A stretch of 64,000 bases of DNA from an archaeon (lineage in GTDB: Archaea > Nanobdellota > Nanobdellia > SCGC-AAA011-G17 > GW2011-AR17), in NCBI GenBank assembly GCA_043825775.1, contig JBDRRK010000002.1, forward strand, positions 1,308-65,307, in the 5' to 3' direction. Positions within the stretch are counted from its first letter, which is position 1, and each line of letters opens with the position of its first letter. The notes beneath the pieces were generated by a model. The model saw only the letters and a list, made by a program, of their open reading frames with translations. It made no database searches and was not told the DNA's origin. Positions 40,144 through 50,032 of the stretch are shown here, piece by piece. A program made the translations under genes and the position numbers.

Positions 40144-43100
40144 ATGAGGGGTGATTTTCTTAAGTCTAAAGCAATTTTTATGACTTTTCTAATTATTGCT
40201 TCTATTTTTACTGTTTACAATATTAAGTTGGTTACTGCAGAAGATGAAACTAATTATTGTTGTGAAAAGACTACAGATGGAGAATATTGTAGGTATACTT
40301 CACCTTCTGAATGTGACTCTGCTTATTCTTCTGCTGCTGTAACTTGTGAACAAACTTCTTTTTGTGAGGGTGGCTGTTGTATTTCTGATGAAGGAAAGTG
40401 TTCTAAGAATGTTCCAAAAAGTGTTTGTGAAAATACTGAAGGATATAGTTGGGGAGAGGGTGCTGAGTGTGATATTGCTGCTTGTGAAAAACAATGTTGT
40501 ACTGTAGCTGATTCAATTTGTTCATATACTACAGCTGCAAATTGTGAAGTTATTGATTCTGGTTATCCTGAAGTTGAAGCAGAGTTTGTTGATGTTGGTT
40601 CTGAATTAGAATGTGTTGATATTTGTACTGAATCAAATAAAGGTTGTTGTGTTAGTCCTGATGGTTGTGAGTATACAACAAAAGGAATGTGTGAGAATGC
40701 TGAGATTAATTTAGAAGGTGGAACTGGTTTTTATGATAATAGATATTGTTCTGATTTGAATTTGTGTGGTTGTGTTGAACATTTTGAAAAGAGATGTGTT
40801 AATGAAGATGTTTATTGGTTTGATAGTTGTGGAAATCAAGAAGAGGTTGCAGAAGATTGTGATTATACAAGAGGTTCATGGTGTGGAACTGATGAAGTTG
40901 GAGAAGCTTATTGTAAAGATGTTAATTGTGAAACTAGTTTTGATGGAATTTATAATATTGAAGGAGCAAATGTAAAGAATGTTCATGATTCAACTTTAGG
41001 AGATGCAAAACAGCATGGTGAAAGTTGGTGTTTATATGAAGGTCCTGCTGGAGATTATTTAGATAGACCTGGTTCACAACATTATAGAACTTATTGTTAT
41101 TTTGGTGAACAAGTAATTGAACCTTGTAGAGATTATAGAGAGGAAATTTGTTTACAGTATCCTATGGGAAGTGAAGATGGAGAAAGAGGAAGTGCTTGTT
41201 TAGATAATGATATTTATGAAGAAAGTTTAATTCAAACAGAAGTATCTACTGTTCCTACTGGAAATAAATTCTGGAGTGAGAGTCAAGAAGTTTCAACTTG
41301 TTCTGAAGGTTCTGTAAGTTGTGATGTTGTTTTTGTTAAAGAGAGTAGAACTGCAACAAAATGGAAATGTGCTGAAAATTGTGAATGTCTTTCTGATTAT
41401 TGGATGATTAATGCTTCTAAATGGTGTAGTTCAAAAGGAGATTGTGGTGCAAATTTTAATATTTTAGAACAATTTTCTGATGATGGTTTTTATATGACAA
41501 GAAGTCAAGATACTTTAGAAGCAAATGATCAATATACTGCAATTGCTTATGATTTATTATGTGAATATGAATATAATTCTCCTGTGTATGGTGAGATTGG
41601 AGCTTTATGTGCAAATTCTTGTACTGGTTTTGATAATGCTCCTCAAGCAATTGCAGCATCAATGTTGACTGGAATTCCACATCAAGTTGGTTCTTTACCA
41701 TCATGTGCTTATTTTAATTCTTTAAATCAAACTTCTTGGTATACTGGACATTATGATGGAGACGAAAGAAGATTAGATGAGGAATATTTACATGATGGAC
41801 AGAATATGAAAGATGCTTATGGTGTTCATGGAGGATTGTTGGCAATGTCTGAGGTGATTGGTACTTTTGATTTACAAGGAATAGCTGATGCTTGGTTATC
41901 TGATTATCAAAAAGGTGGACAGATTGTAGCTGTTATTGCTGGTGCATTTGCTGCTTCTATTATTTTAACAGCATATATTGTAGGAACAGCTATTGGTGTT
42001 ACAGGTACAGTTGCTGCATTAGGGGCAGGATTTATGTTAACCCCTGCTGTAGTTGGAACAGCTGTAGCAACCCAAATATCCACAGCTATAACTACTACTA
42101 CAACTGCAGCAGCAGCATCAGCAGCAATTCAACCAGTGGCAACTGCAACAATTTCAGCAGCATCAGCAGGTCCAGTTGGTTTTGTCGTTGCTTTAGTTCT
42201 TGTTGTTATAGTTATTTTAACTTTAATCTTCACTTCAGGAGGAGAGACAACAACAATAACTGTTACTGCAAATTGTGAAGGTTGGCAACCACCTACTGGA
42301 GGAGAATTTTGTGAGTTGTGTGATATCCCTGTTTCAGAAGGTGGGTTGGCTATCGACGATGGTTATGGTAATGTTCTTCCTGGATATGAATGTACTGAAT
42401 ATAAATGTAAATCATTAGGTGCTGCTTGTGAATATATTACTGAAAATTCAGGAACAGATAGAGAGAAATGTTACAATGCACATGTAAATGATGTGAATCA
42501 TCCTGTTATAACTCCAAATACAGAAATATTTGATTTATATGGTTATGATTATGAACAAACAAGTGATAGGTTTATTGAAGTTTTTGATATTGAACCTTAC
42601 ACCAAATTTAATTTTGGAATTATAACTGATGAATTAGCTCAATGTAAAATTGATACTAACTTACCAGATGATTATGATTCAATGTTAGAATTATTTCCAG
42701 ATTCTTATTATTCAAAATCTAAAAATCAGACAAGAGTTTTAGTTCCTGAAGAAGAAGTTAATTATTATATTAGATGTCAAGACTTGAATGGCAATTATAA
42801 TATAGATGCTTTTACATTTAAAGTTCATGCTTTAGCTGGTGAAGATTTACAGGCTCCAATTATCAAGGCTACTGATATTGCATCTGGTTCTTTTGTAGCA
42901 AATGATGTTACACAACCAGTTGTTACAGTGTTTACGAATGAACCTGCTCAATGTAAATGGAGTACTGGTGACCAAGATTATGATATTATGGATCAATGGA
43001 TGTTGTGTTCTGGTTCAAGTTTAGCTTCACAAACAGTTTACTTTGATTATAGTTGTACTGCTGCATTAAATATTACACATCCTGAAACAAATTATTATTA

Positions 43101-43647
43101 CTTTGCTTGTGAAGATAATAATGGAAATCAGAATTCAGATACTTATGCATTTACTTTACAAGGTTCAGAACAATTAAATATTGATAGGGTTTCACCGAAT
43201 GGAACTTTGTATTATGATGATGTTGCTTTACAAGTTTATACTGCAGTTGGTGCACAGGATGGAAAGGCTGTTTGTTATTACAACAATATTGCATTTTTCA
43301 CAACCAATAATACTTACCATGAACAATTGTTTACTGGTTTAAGTGAGAGTTCATATAGTTATGATATTTTATGTCAAGATGTTGCTGGTAATCAAAATGA
43401 AACTATTATTTCATTTACAGTTGATGTTGATGAATCAGCACCAGAATTAATAGAAATTTATCAAAAAGAAAATACTTTATATTTTACTACAGATGAAACT
43501 TCAACTTGTGAATATTATTATGAAGACTTTGATTTTGGTGAGGGTTTAAACACAGAAGGAACTATTGCAATGGCAGATGCAACAACTTATTATATCAAGT
43601 GTGAAGATGAATTTGGTAACGAGGGAACATTTATTATAGAAGTTTGA
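40144..43647 (+). CDS. Large Cys-rich secreted protein, paralog 2 (1167 aa), with central Gly/Ala hydrophobic segment
   Basis: Same motif order as paralog 1; hydrophobic ~105-aa core at ~41920-42234. Confidence 0.85.
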   Translation: MRGDFLKSKAIFMTFLIIASIFTVYNIKLVTAEDETNYCCEKTTDGEYCRYTSPSECDSAYSSAAVTCEQTSFCEGGCCISDEGKCSKNVPKSVCENTEGYSWGEGAECDIAACEKQCCTVADSICSYTTAANCEVIDSGYPEVEAEFVDVGSELECVDICTESNKGCCVSPDGCEYTTKGMCENAEINLEGGTGFYDNRYCSDLNLCGCVEHFEKRCVNEDVYWFDSCGNQEEVAEDCDYTRGSWCGTDEVGEAYCKDVNCETSFDGIYNIEGANVKNVHDSTLGDAKQHGESWCLYEGPAGDYLDRPGSQHYRTYCYFGEQVIEPCRDYREEICLQYPMGSEDGERGSACLDNDIYEESLIQTEVSTVPTGNKFWSESQEVSTCSEGSVSCDVVFVKESRTATKWKCAENCECLSDYWMINASKWCSSKGDCGANFNILEQFSDDGFYMTRSQDTLEANDQYTAIAYDLLCEYEYNSPVYGEIGALCANSCTGFDNAPQAIAASMLTGIPHQVGSLPSCAYFNSLNQTSWYTGHYDGDERRLDEEYLHDGQNMKDAYGVHGGLLAMSEVIGTFDLQGIADAWLSDYQKGGQIVAVIAGAFAASIILTAYIVGTAIGVTGTVAALGAGFMLTPAVVGTAVATQISTAITTTTTAAAASAAIQPVATATISAASAGPVGFVVALVLVVIVILTLIFTSGGETTTITVTANCEGWQPPTGGEFCELCDIPVSEGGLAIDDGYGNVLPGYECTEYKCKSLGAACEYITENSGTDREKCYNAHVNDVNHPVITPNTEIFDLYGYDYEQTSDRFIEVFDIEPYTKFNFGIITDELAQCKIDTNLPDDYDSMLELFPDSYYSKSKNQTRVLVPEEEVNYYIRCQDLNGNYNIDAFTFKVHALAGEDLQAPIIKATDIASGSFVANDVTQPVVTVFTNEPAQCKWSTGDQDYDIMDQWMLCSGSSLASQTVYFDYSCTAALNITHPETNYYYFACEDNNGNQNSDTYAFTLQGSEQLNIDRVSPNGTLYYDDVALQVYTAVGAQDGKAVCYYNNIAFFTTNNTYHEQLFTGLSESSYSYDILCQDVAGNQNETIISFTVDVDESAPELIEIYQKENTLYFTTDETSTCEYYYEDFDFGEGLNTEGTIAMADATTYYIKCEDEFGNEGTFIIEV

Positions 43648-43677
43648 AAACATTTATAAATGAGAGAGTCTTAAAAA

Positions 43678-44448
43678 ATGATTATGAATAAAAGAGGTCA
43701 GACAACTGTATTTATTATAATTGGAATTGTAGTTGTTATTATTGTAGCTTTGTATATTGTACTTACTCAAACTAAAATTATTCCTCCTTTATTAGGTGGT
43801 GGTGATGCCAGTGATCAGATGAGTGATATTGATGAGCATATTTCTGAATGTATGCAAGAGGTTGGTGGAGAATATTTAACTAGGATAGGACAGCAAGGAG
43901 GATATTTAGGAGTTGTTCCTGATTCATATAGAACTTATAATGATTCTTCTGTTAGTTATTTGTGTTATAACCAACCTGGACAGATTACATGTTCAAATAG
44001 ATTGTTGACTGTTGCACATATGGAAAATGAATTAGAAGAGGTTATTTCACAAGCTTTGGAATCTTGTATTAATGTTTATGATTATAGTGATGATGTTAGA
44101 GCTGCTGAGGATTGGACTTTACAAGTTGAAATTTTTAATTCAGCTGTTGACATGACTTTAGTCTATCCTGTTGAAGTTATAAAAAGTGATGAAGATAAAC
44201 AGAAAAAAGAAGAGTTTACATATACTTTTGATGATGTTCCTTTAGGTGAATTATATGATGTTTCAATGGATATTGTAAATTCAGAAGCTTCATTAGGAGA
44301 TTTTGATCAGTTGTTGTATATGTTACAGAAATTTTCAAAATATAATATTTACAAATATAGACCTTACCCTGATAAAATTTATCAAGTTAAGTTAAGGGAA
44401 GGTGGATATGTATTCCAGTTTGCAATTGAAGGCGAAGATACTACATAA
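43678..44448 (+). CDS. Class III signal peptide (pilin-like) protein
   Basis: MNKRG/QTTVFIIIGIVVVII; IGQQGGY; ends FQFA. Confidence 0.82.
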   Translation: MIMNKRGQTTVFIIIGIVVVIIVALYIVLTQTKIIPPLLGGGDASDQMSDIDEHISECMQEVGGEYLTRIGQQGGYLGVVPDSYRTYNDSSVSYLCYNQPGQITCSNRLLTVAHMENELEEVISQALESCINVYDYSDDVRAAEDWTLQVEIFNSAVDMTLVYPVEVIKSDEDKQKKEEFTYTFDDVPLGELYDVSMDIVNSEASLGDFDQLLYMLQKFSKYNIYKYRPYPDKIYQVKLREGGYVFQFAIEGEDTT

Positions 44449-44494
44449 GCCAAGTCTAACTACTGTAAAAAGCCTAATGACACCAATTCTTAGG

Positions 44495-44545
44495 TTTCAA
44501 AAAAGTCACGCACTGCGTGACCAATTGACTTAGATTTATTATAAG
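44495..44545 (+). repeat. Degenerate copy of an internal yhcG segment with perfect 7-bp inverted repeat
   Basis: 40/51 identity (counted by eye) to 44911-44961; GTCACGC-ACT-GCGTGAC at 44505-44521. Confidence 0.85.
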
Positions 44546-44649
44546 TGGAGTGGGGGGTTGTTACCTGTGACTTTATTACATTGAATTTCTGAAAGATTTC
44601 CGGATTTTTTTAGTAAGAGTTTATTAAAAATGTTGATGACTGTTAGTTT

Positions 44650-45651
44650 ATGCTACCAGACAAAACTTATCAAACAATAAAAGAAGTATTAGAAAAAGCA
44701 AGAAATTATGTATATAATCAGGCTAATTTTGCTATGGTTCAAGCTTATTGGGAGATTGGGAGGGTTATTGTTGAAGAGGAGCAGAAGGGCAAAAGAAGGG
44801 CTGAGTATGGTAAGAAATTGATAAAAGAGATTTCTAAGAGGTTGACTAGGGATTATGGAAAAGGGTTTGATGAATCAAATTTAAGGTATATTAGATTGTT
44901 TTATTTATCTTTTCCAAAATGTGACTCACTGCGTCACGAATTGACTTGGACCCATTATAGGATGATTATGAGACTAGATCAAGAGAATATAAGAAATTTC
45001 TACATGATTGAATCAATAAACAATAAATGGAGTACAAGGGAGTTAGATAGACAGATAAATTCCCTTTTGTATGAGAGAATTTCATTAAGTAGAGATAAAG
45101 AAGGAGCAAAAAAATTATCATTAAAAGGGCAGGAAGTTTTGGAGCCAAGAGATATCTTAAAAGATCCTTTTGTTTTGGAATTTTTGGATTTAAAAGAAAA
45201 TTATTCTGAAAAGGATGTTGAAGAAAAGATAATTAATAGATTAAAAGAATTTTTACTTGAATTGGGGAAAGGGTTTTCTTTTGTTGGTAGACAGAAGAGA
45301 ATAACTGTTGATGGTGACCATTATTATATTGATTTGGTTTTTTATAATTACTTGTTGAAATGTTTTGTTTTAGTTGACTTGAAGATGGGGAAGTTAACTC
45401 CTAAAGATATTGGGCAGATGGACTTTTATGTTAGATTTTTTGATAAAGAAGAGAGATTAAAAGAAGATAATCCAACTGTTGGAATTATTCTTTGTAAAGA
45501 TAAGAAAAAAATGATGATTAAATATACTTTGTTGGAGGAAAGTAAACAAGTATTTGCTTCCAAGTATAAGTTATATCTTCCTACAGAAGATGAGTTAAAG
45601 AAAGAATTAGATTATTACATTTATGATGAATCTACTAGTGAAAAGGATTAA
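44650..45651 (+). CDS. yhcG: YhcG/DUF1016 family PD-(D/E)XK nuclease-like protein
   Basis: YWEIGRVIVEEEQ, GKGFDESNL, LTWTHY, WSTREL, KDPFVLEFL, FLLELGKGFSFVGRQ, IDLVFY, GQMDFY, GIILC, ASKYKLYLPTEDEL. Confidence 0.93.
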   Translation: MLPDKTYQTIKEVLEKARNYVYNQANFAMVQAYWEIGRVIVEEEQKGKRRAEYGKKLIKEISKRLTRDYGKGFDESNLRYIRLFYLSFPKCDSLRHELTWTHYRMIMRLDQENIRNFYMIESINNKWSTRELDRQINSLLYERISLSRDKEGAKKLSLKGQEVLEPRDILKDPFVLEFLDLKENYSEKDVEEKIINRLKEFLLELGKGFSFVGRQKRITVDGDHYYIDLVFYNYLLKCFVLVDLKMGKLTPKDIGQMDFYVRFFDKEERLKEDNPTVGIILCKDKKKMMIKYTLLEESKQVFASKYKLYLPTEDELKKELDYYIYDESTSEKD

Positions 45652-45718
45652 TATGGTGTAAATGAGAGTTAGGGTATAAGAAATCTTTATAAATATTAAG
45701 AAGATATAAATATTTAAT

Positions 45719-48700
45719 TTGAAAAGAGGTAATATAATATTAATTATTTGTATATTGATAGTTCTTTTAGTTTCAAGTGTAAGTGCGTTGAATGCTTGTT
45801 GTGAAGTTACAAGAGATGGTGAGTATTGTAGATATGCTGATGAGAGTGAATGTGCTTCTGATTCCCAGGCTGCTTATGCAACTTGTGAGCAAACTTCTTA
45901 TTGTCAAACGGGTTGTTGTTATTCTTCTGATTCTGGTTTATGTTACAAAAATACTGCAAAAGCAAGATGTGAAGAAGAGGAAGGGAGTACTTGGGTTGAT
46001 TCTGCAAATTGTGAAATAGAACAATGTGATTTGGGTTGTTGTGTTTTAGCTGACCAAGCTTTTTTTGTTACTGAAGTTAAATGTAAAGAAACTGCTTCAC
46101 AGTTTGAAGATTTAGAAATTAATTTTGATAATGATATTGCAACTGAATATGAATGTTTGGAATCTGTAAAGAATCAAGATTGGGGTTGTTGTGTTGAAGG
46201 TGATGATTATGAATTTACAACAAGAGATAATTGTGGAAGTGCTTCATCTGAGGTAACTGTTGATTTTGTTGAAGAAGGTTTTCATCAAGGAATGTTATGT
46301 TCAAATGATTTGTTAAGTGCTGATTGTGCAAAACAACAGTATACTGGTTGTTATGAAGGAAAGGTTTACTGGTATGATAGTTGTGGAAATAGAGAGAATA
46401 TTTATGATGTTGATAAGACTGCAAGTTTTAATGATGGTTATATATTAGAAGATGGAAGTTGTACTTTGAATAGTGCTTATGATTCTAGTTGTGGAAATTG
46501 TGATTATCCAACTGGAACTGTTTGTGGTTCAGATGTTGGAAATGATATGCCTGTTGGTGAGTTTACTTGTGTGGATATAAATTGTTATGATACTTATGAT
46601 GATGATGTTAGTCCTGCAACTGGTGGAGATAAGTTGAATGGTGAGTCCTGGTGTGTTTATGATTCCTTTACTGGAGAGGCAAGGGATGCTGTTGGTTCAA
46701 GACATTATAGATATTTGTGTATTAATGGTGAAGAGGTAGTGGAGCCGTGTACTGATTTTAGAGAACAGATTTGTATTCATGGTATTTTAAGTGCAGATGT
46801 TTTAGGAACTTTGGAATCTTTAAGGTTAAGTGATAATAATAATTATGTTGAAGCTGCTTGTAGGGAAAATAGAAATGAGGATTGTGATGCTTGTAATGAT
46901 TTGGCTACTGAAGATGAAATAATTTCTTGTTGTTCAAATGAAGATTATAGAGATTGTTATTTTTTAGAGGGTGAAGTTGCTAGAGTTGAAAGAGGTACTA
47001 ATATTCCTTTGACTAAATTACAAGAAGAGAATGAGAATTTAGCTTTGGATGCTGTAGTTGGTGGTACTTGTGTTCCACAGATTCCTCCTGGTGAGAAATT
47101 CTGGACTGATAATGGTGATGCTGATAGTGCTTCAACTTCAGATGTTTGTAATGTTGCAACAAGAGAGTGTACTGCTACATGGAGAATTGGTGGTTGGAAG
47201 AAATTATTTGGTGGTAAGGGGAATCCGGATGCTTGGAGTATTGTTGAAGAGAGTCCTGAAGGTTGTACTGAAAGGAGTTGGTTAGTTTCTCAAAATACAC
47301 TTTGTAAAGCTCAAGGTGATTGTGGTGCTTATTATAATTATTTAGGTGAAGCTGGTTTTGATGGTTTTACAAGTGATATGTTAGGAGAAGAGTTTTTCTT
47401 TAATTATGATGAGTTGGATTCTTCAGATTTGGATGATTGGGATTATTTGATTAATACTGGTGGGGGAGAGATAAAGTATTATGGTCCTAAGTCTAGATAT
47501 TTCTATACTAATCCCGCTTTTGCAGTTGGAATTGCTTCTTTTACTGCTGGGGGAATTGCAAATGTAGTTTCTTGTAGTGAAGCTAAAGGTGCTGGATTGA
47601 GTACTAAGTTTGGAGATGCAGGAAATAGTTTACAGAGTATTTTATCTTTTGGTTCTACTGCTGCTGGAGGAGCAAAAGCTTTAGGTTTAGCTACTGGTGT
47701 TGATATGGTTACTGGAAATGCTGTTGTTGCTGATGATCCATGTAGTATTTATGATTTGTATGCATGTAATGAACAATATAACACTTTTTACATATGTGAA
47801 GAAGATGATATAGGAGATAAGTATTGGAGAATAAAAGAAGCTTGTGGAACCTCTGCATATTGCGATGCTGACTTATGTTCTATTGGAACAAGCAAAGATG
47901 ATTGTTGTATAGATTTACCTGAAGAAGAAATTGTTACTGAAGAAGATACAACAATTCCAGAGACAAAAGATTTGGTTCCTGAACAAAAAAAAGTTGTTGA
48001 AGAAAAACCAACTGAAGAGAAAGTTGCAGAAACAATTGGAAATTATATTATTCAAGGAGGAGATAGTCTTTCAGAAATTGCAAGTAAATGTGGTACTACA
48101 GTTGATGCTTTACAAAAATCAAATCCTTCTATAACTGATGTTGATAAAATTGTAGAGGGTTCAAGGTTAAATATTCCTAATTTCGATGATTGTAAATTTG
48201 GAACAACTAAAAGTACTGTTGAAAGTGCAGTTGGTGCTGACAAAACTTTAGACTTTATGGAAGGGATTGGATGTTTTTTAACAGGAGCTACTCCTATTGT
48301 TGGTTTGTTTGGAAAACCAGCTGGTACAACTACTGAAGGTTGGGAAGATAGAGTTACAGAAGCTGCTGGAGATGGTGCAACTGGAATTATAAGCTCAATT
48401 AAAAAAGCTAAAGGGGCAAAAACAGTTTCAAGAGTTTCAAATGTTGTTACAATTGCAATGGCTGCTTATCTTGCAGTAGAATACTTAGCTGATAATGAAA
48501 CTACTATTACTTATACTGCTGAATGTAATCAGTGGCAACCACCTAAGGGTGGAGAGGATTGTGAATTGTGTAATGATGAGAATAAACCTTGTTCAGAATA
48601 TAGATGTAGATCTTTAGGGGCTGCTTGTGAATTAATTAATCAAGGTTCAGAAAATGAAACATGTATATCTACAAATGTTAATGATGTTAATAGTCCTCAG

Positions 48701-49936
48701 TTAAGTGTAAATTTAGATTTATTAAGTGATGATTATACAATTAAAGAAACAACAGAGGAAGGAAATAAAGGATTTATACTTAATGAGTTGGTTCCACCTT
48801 TCACACCTGTTCAATTAGGTATTACAAGTGATGAACCGGCAACATGTAAGTATGCAACGCAGCCAGGATTGGAGTATGATGAGATGAGTTATACTTTTGG
48901 TTCTGAATTATACTTGTATAATCATGCTTTACTAATGTCTTTAGGAGATGGGGTTACTATTGAAGAAATTTTAGCTTTAACTAATGGAGAATATACAATT
49001 TATGTAAGATGTTCTGATTATCAAGGTAATGCAAATGAAAGAGATTATTTCATTAGATTTACCGTTGAAGACACGCCGGATTTAAGTCCTCCACAGATTA
49101 TGTTTACCTCTGTAAATGATGGAACTTACTTGGCTTATAATGTTAATGAGACTAGCTTTGCTATTTATACTAATGAGCCTGCAACATGTAAGTGGGATTT
49201 ACAAGATACTTCTTTTAATGTTATGGAAAATGAAATGAGCTGTGTTGAAAGTAGTTATCAGCAATCATCTATTTATTATGGAACATATCCTTGTTCAGGA
49301 ACAATTAAAGGAGAGAATGATGAGTTGAATTATTTCTACTTTAAATGTCAAGATAGAGAAGGAAATACTAATGAAGATAGTTTTAAATTTACTTTGAAGT
49401 CTTCTGACGAGGAATTAACAATTAGTTCAATGGAACCTGAAGGTGTTTTATATAATGATTCTATTACAGTTACTGTTGAAACAGATGGTGGAGCTGATAG
49501 TGGAGTTTCTGAATGTGGATTTAGCATGGATACAAATGATTTCCAAGATATGACTTTGTTTTTGAATACTAATAGTTCAAAACATTCACAGGAATTGAAT
49601 TTATTTACTGGAGATTATACTTTGTATGTTACATGTCAAGATGTAGCTGGTAATATGGATTCAACAAGTAGAGAGGTTAGTGTAGAAACGGATGATAAAG
49701 GGCCAAGTATCGTTAACTTTTACATTGATGAAGCTTATTATACTTTAATTTTAGAAACTAATGAGGAAGCTGCTTGTGAATATGCAACTGAACCATTTAC
49801 CTTTGGAGAAGGAGTAGAGATGTCAGGGACTGTTGTTCATGAGGCAACAATTGGACAATTATTATATTATGTTACTTGTGAGGATACAAGAGGGAACCAA
49901 GGTTCTTACATATTAGATATATCATTGTGGGTGTAA
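45719..49936 (+). CDS. Large Cys-rich secreted protein, paralog 3 (1405 aa), with central LysM domain
   Basis: Same conserved ends as paralogs 1 and 2; LysM YIIQGGDSLSEIASKCGTTVDALQKSNPSITDVDKIVEGSRLNIP at 48044-48178. Confidence 0.87.
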   Translation: MKRGNIILIICILIVLLVSSVSALNACCEVTRDGEYCRYADESECASDSQAAYATCEQTSYCQTGCCYSSDSGLCYKNTAKARCEEEEGSTWVDSANCEIEQCDLGCCVLADQAFFVTEVKCKETASQFEDLEINFDNDIATEYECLESVKNQDWGCCVEGDDYEFTTRDNCGSASSEVTVDFVEEGFHQGMLCSNDLLSADCAKQQYTGCYEGKVYWYDSCGNRENIYDVDKTASFNDGYILEDGSCTLNSAYDSSCGNCDYPTGTVCGSDVGNDMPVGEFTCVDINCYDTYDDDVSPATGGDKLNGESWCVYDSFTGEARDAVGSRHYRYLCINGEEVVEPCTDFREQICIHGILSADVLGTLESLRLSDNNNYVEAACRENRNEDCDACNDLATEDEIISCCSNEDYRDCYFLEGEVARVERGTNIPLTKLQEENENLALDAVVGGTCVPQIPPGEKFWTDNGDADSASTSDVCNVATRECTATWRIGGWKKLFGGKGNPDAWSIVEESPEGCTERSWLVSQNTLCKAQGDCGAYYNYLGEAGFDGFTSDMLGEEFFFNYDELDSSDLDDWDYLINTGGGEIKYYGPKSRYFYTNPAFAVGIASFTAGGIANVVSCSEAKGAGLSTKFGDAGNSLQSILSFGSTAAGGAKALGLATGVDMVTGNAVVADDPCSIYDLYACNEQYNTFYICEEDDIGDKYWRIKEACGTSAYCDADLCSIGTSKDDCCIDLPEEEIVTEEDTTIPETKDLVPEQKKVVEEKPTEEKVAETIGNYIIQGGDSLSEIASKCGTTVDALQKSNPSITDVDKIVEGSRLNIPNFDDCKFGTTKSTVESAVGADKTLDFMEGIGCFLTGATPIVGLFGKPAGTTTEGWEDRVTEAAGDGATGIISSIKKAKGAKTVSRVSNVVTIAMAAYLAVEYLADNETTITYTAECNQWQPPKGGEDCELCNDENKPCSEYRCRSLGAACELINQGSENETCISTNVNDVNSPQLSVNLDLLSDDYTIKETTEEGNKGFILNELVPPFTPVQLGITSDEPATCKYATQPGLEYDEMSYTFGSELYLYNHALLMSLGDGVTIEEILALTNGEYTIYVRCSDYQGNANERDYFIRFTVEDTPDLSPPQIMFTSVNDGTYLAYNVNETSFAIYTNEPATCKWDLQDTSFNVMENEMSCVESSYQQSSIYYGTYPCSGTIKGENDELNYFYFKCQDREGNTNEDSFKFTLKSSDEELTISSMEPEGVLYNDSITVTVETDGGADSGVSECGFSMDTNDFQDMTLFLNTNSSKHSQELNLFTGDYTLYVTCQDVAGNMDSTSREVSVETDDKGPSIVNFYIDEAYYTLILETNEEAACEYATEPFTFGEGVEMSGTVVHEATIGQLLYYVTCEDTRGNQGSYILDISLWV

Positions 49937-50032
49937 TTCTCTTCAATTTATTCCGAAAATCTTCTGGATTTTTCACCTAAAACTTATTAAATTCCTTACA
50001 TTAAATTATATAAACCAAGAGGTATTTTTAAA

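Noticed and set aside
44495-44961. Diversity-generating retroelement TR/VR pair
   Set aside because: Mismatches are not adenine-specific (C, G and T also differ) and no reverse transcriptase is in the window.
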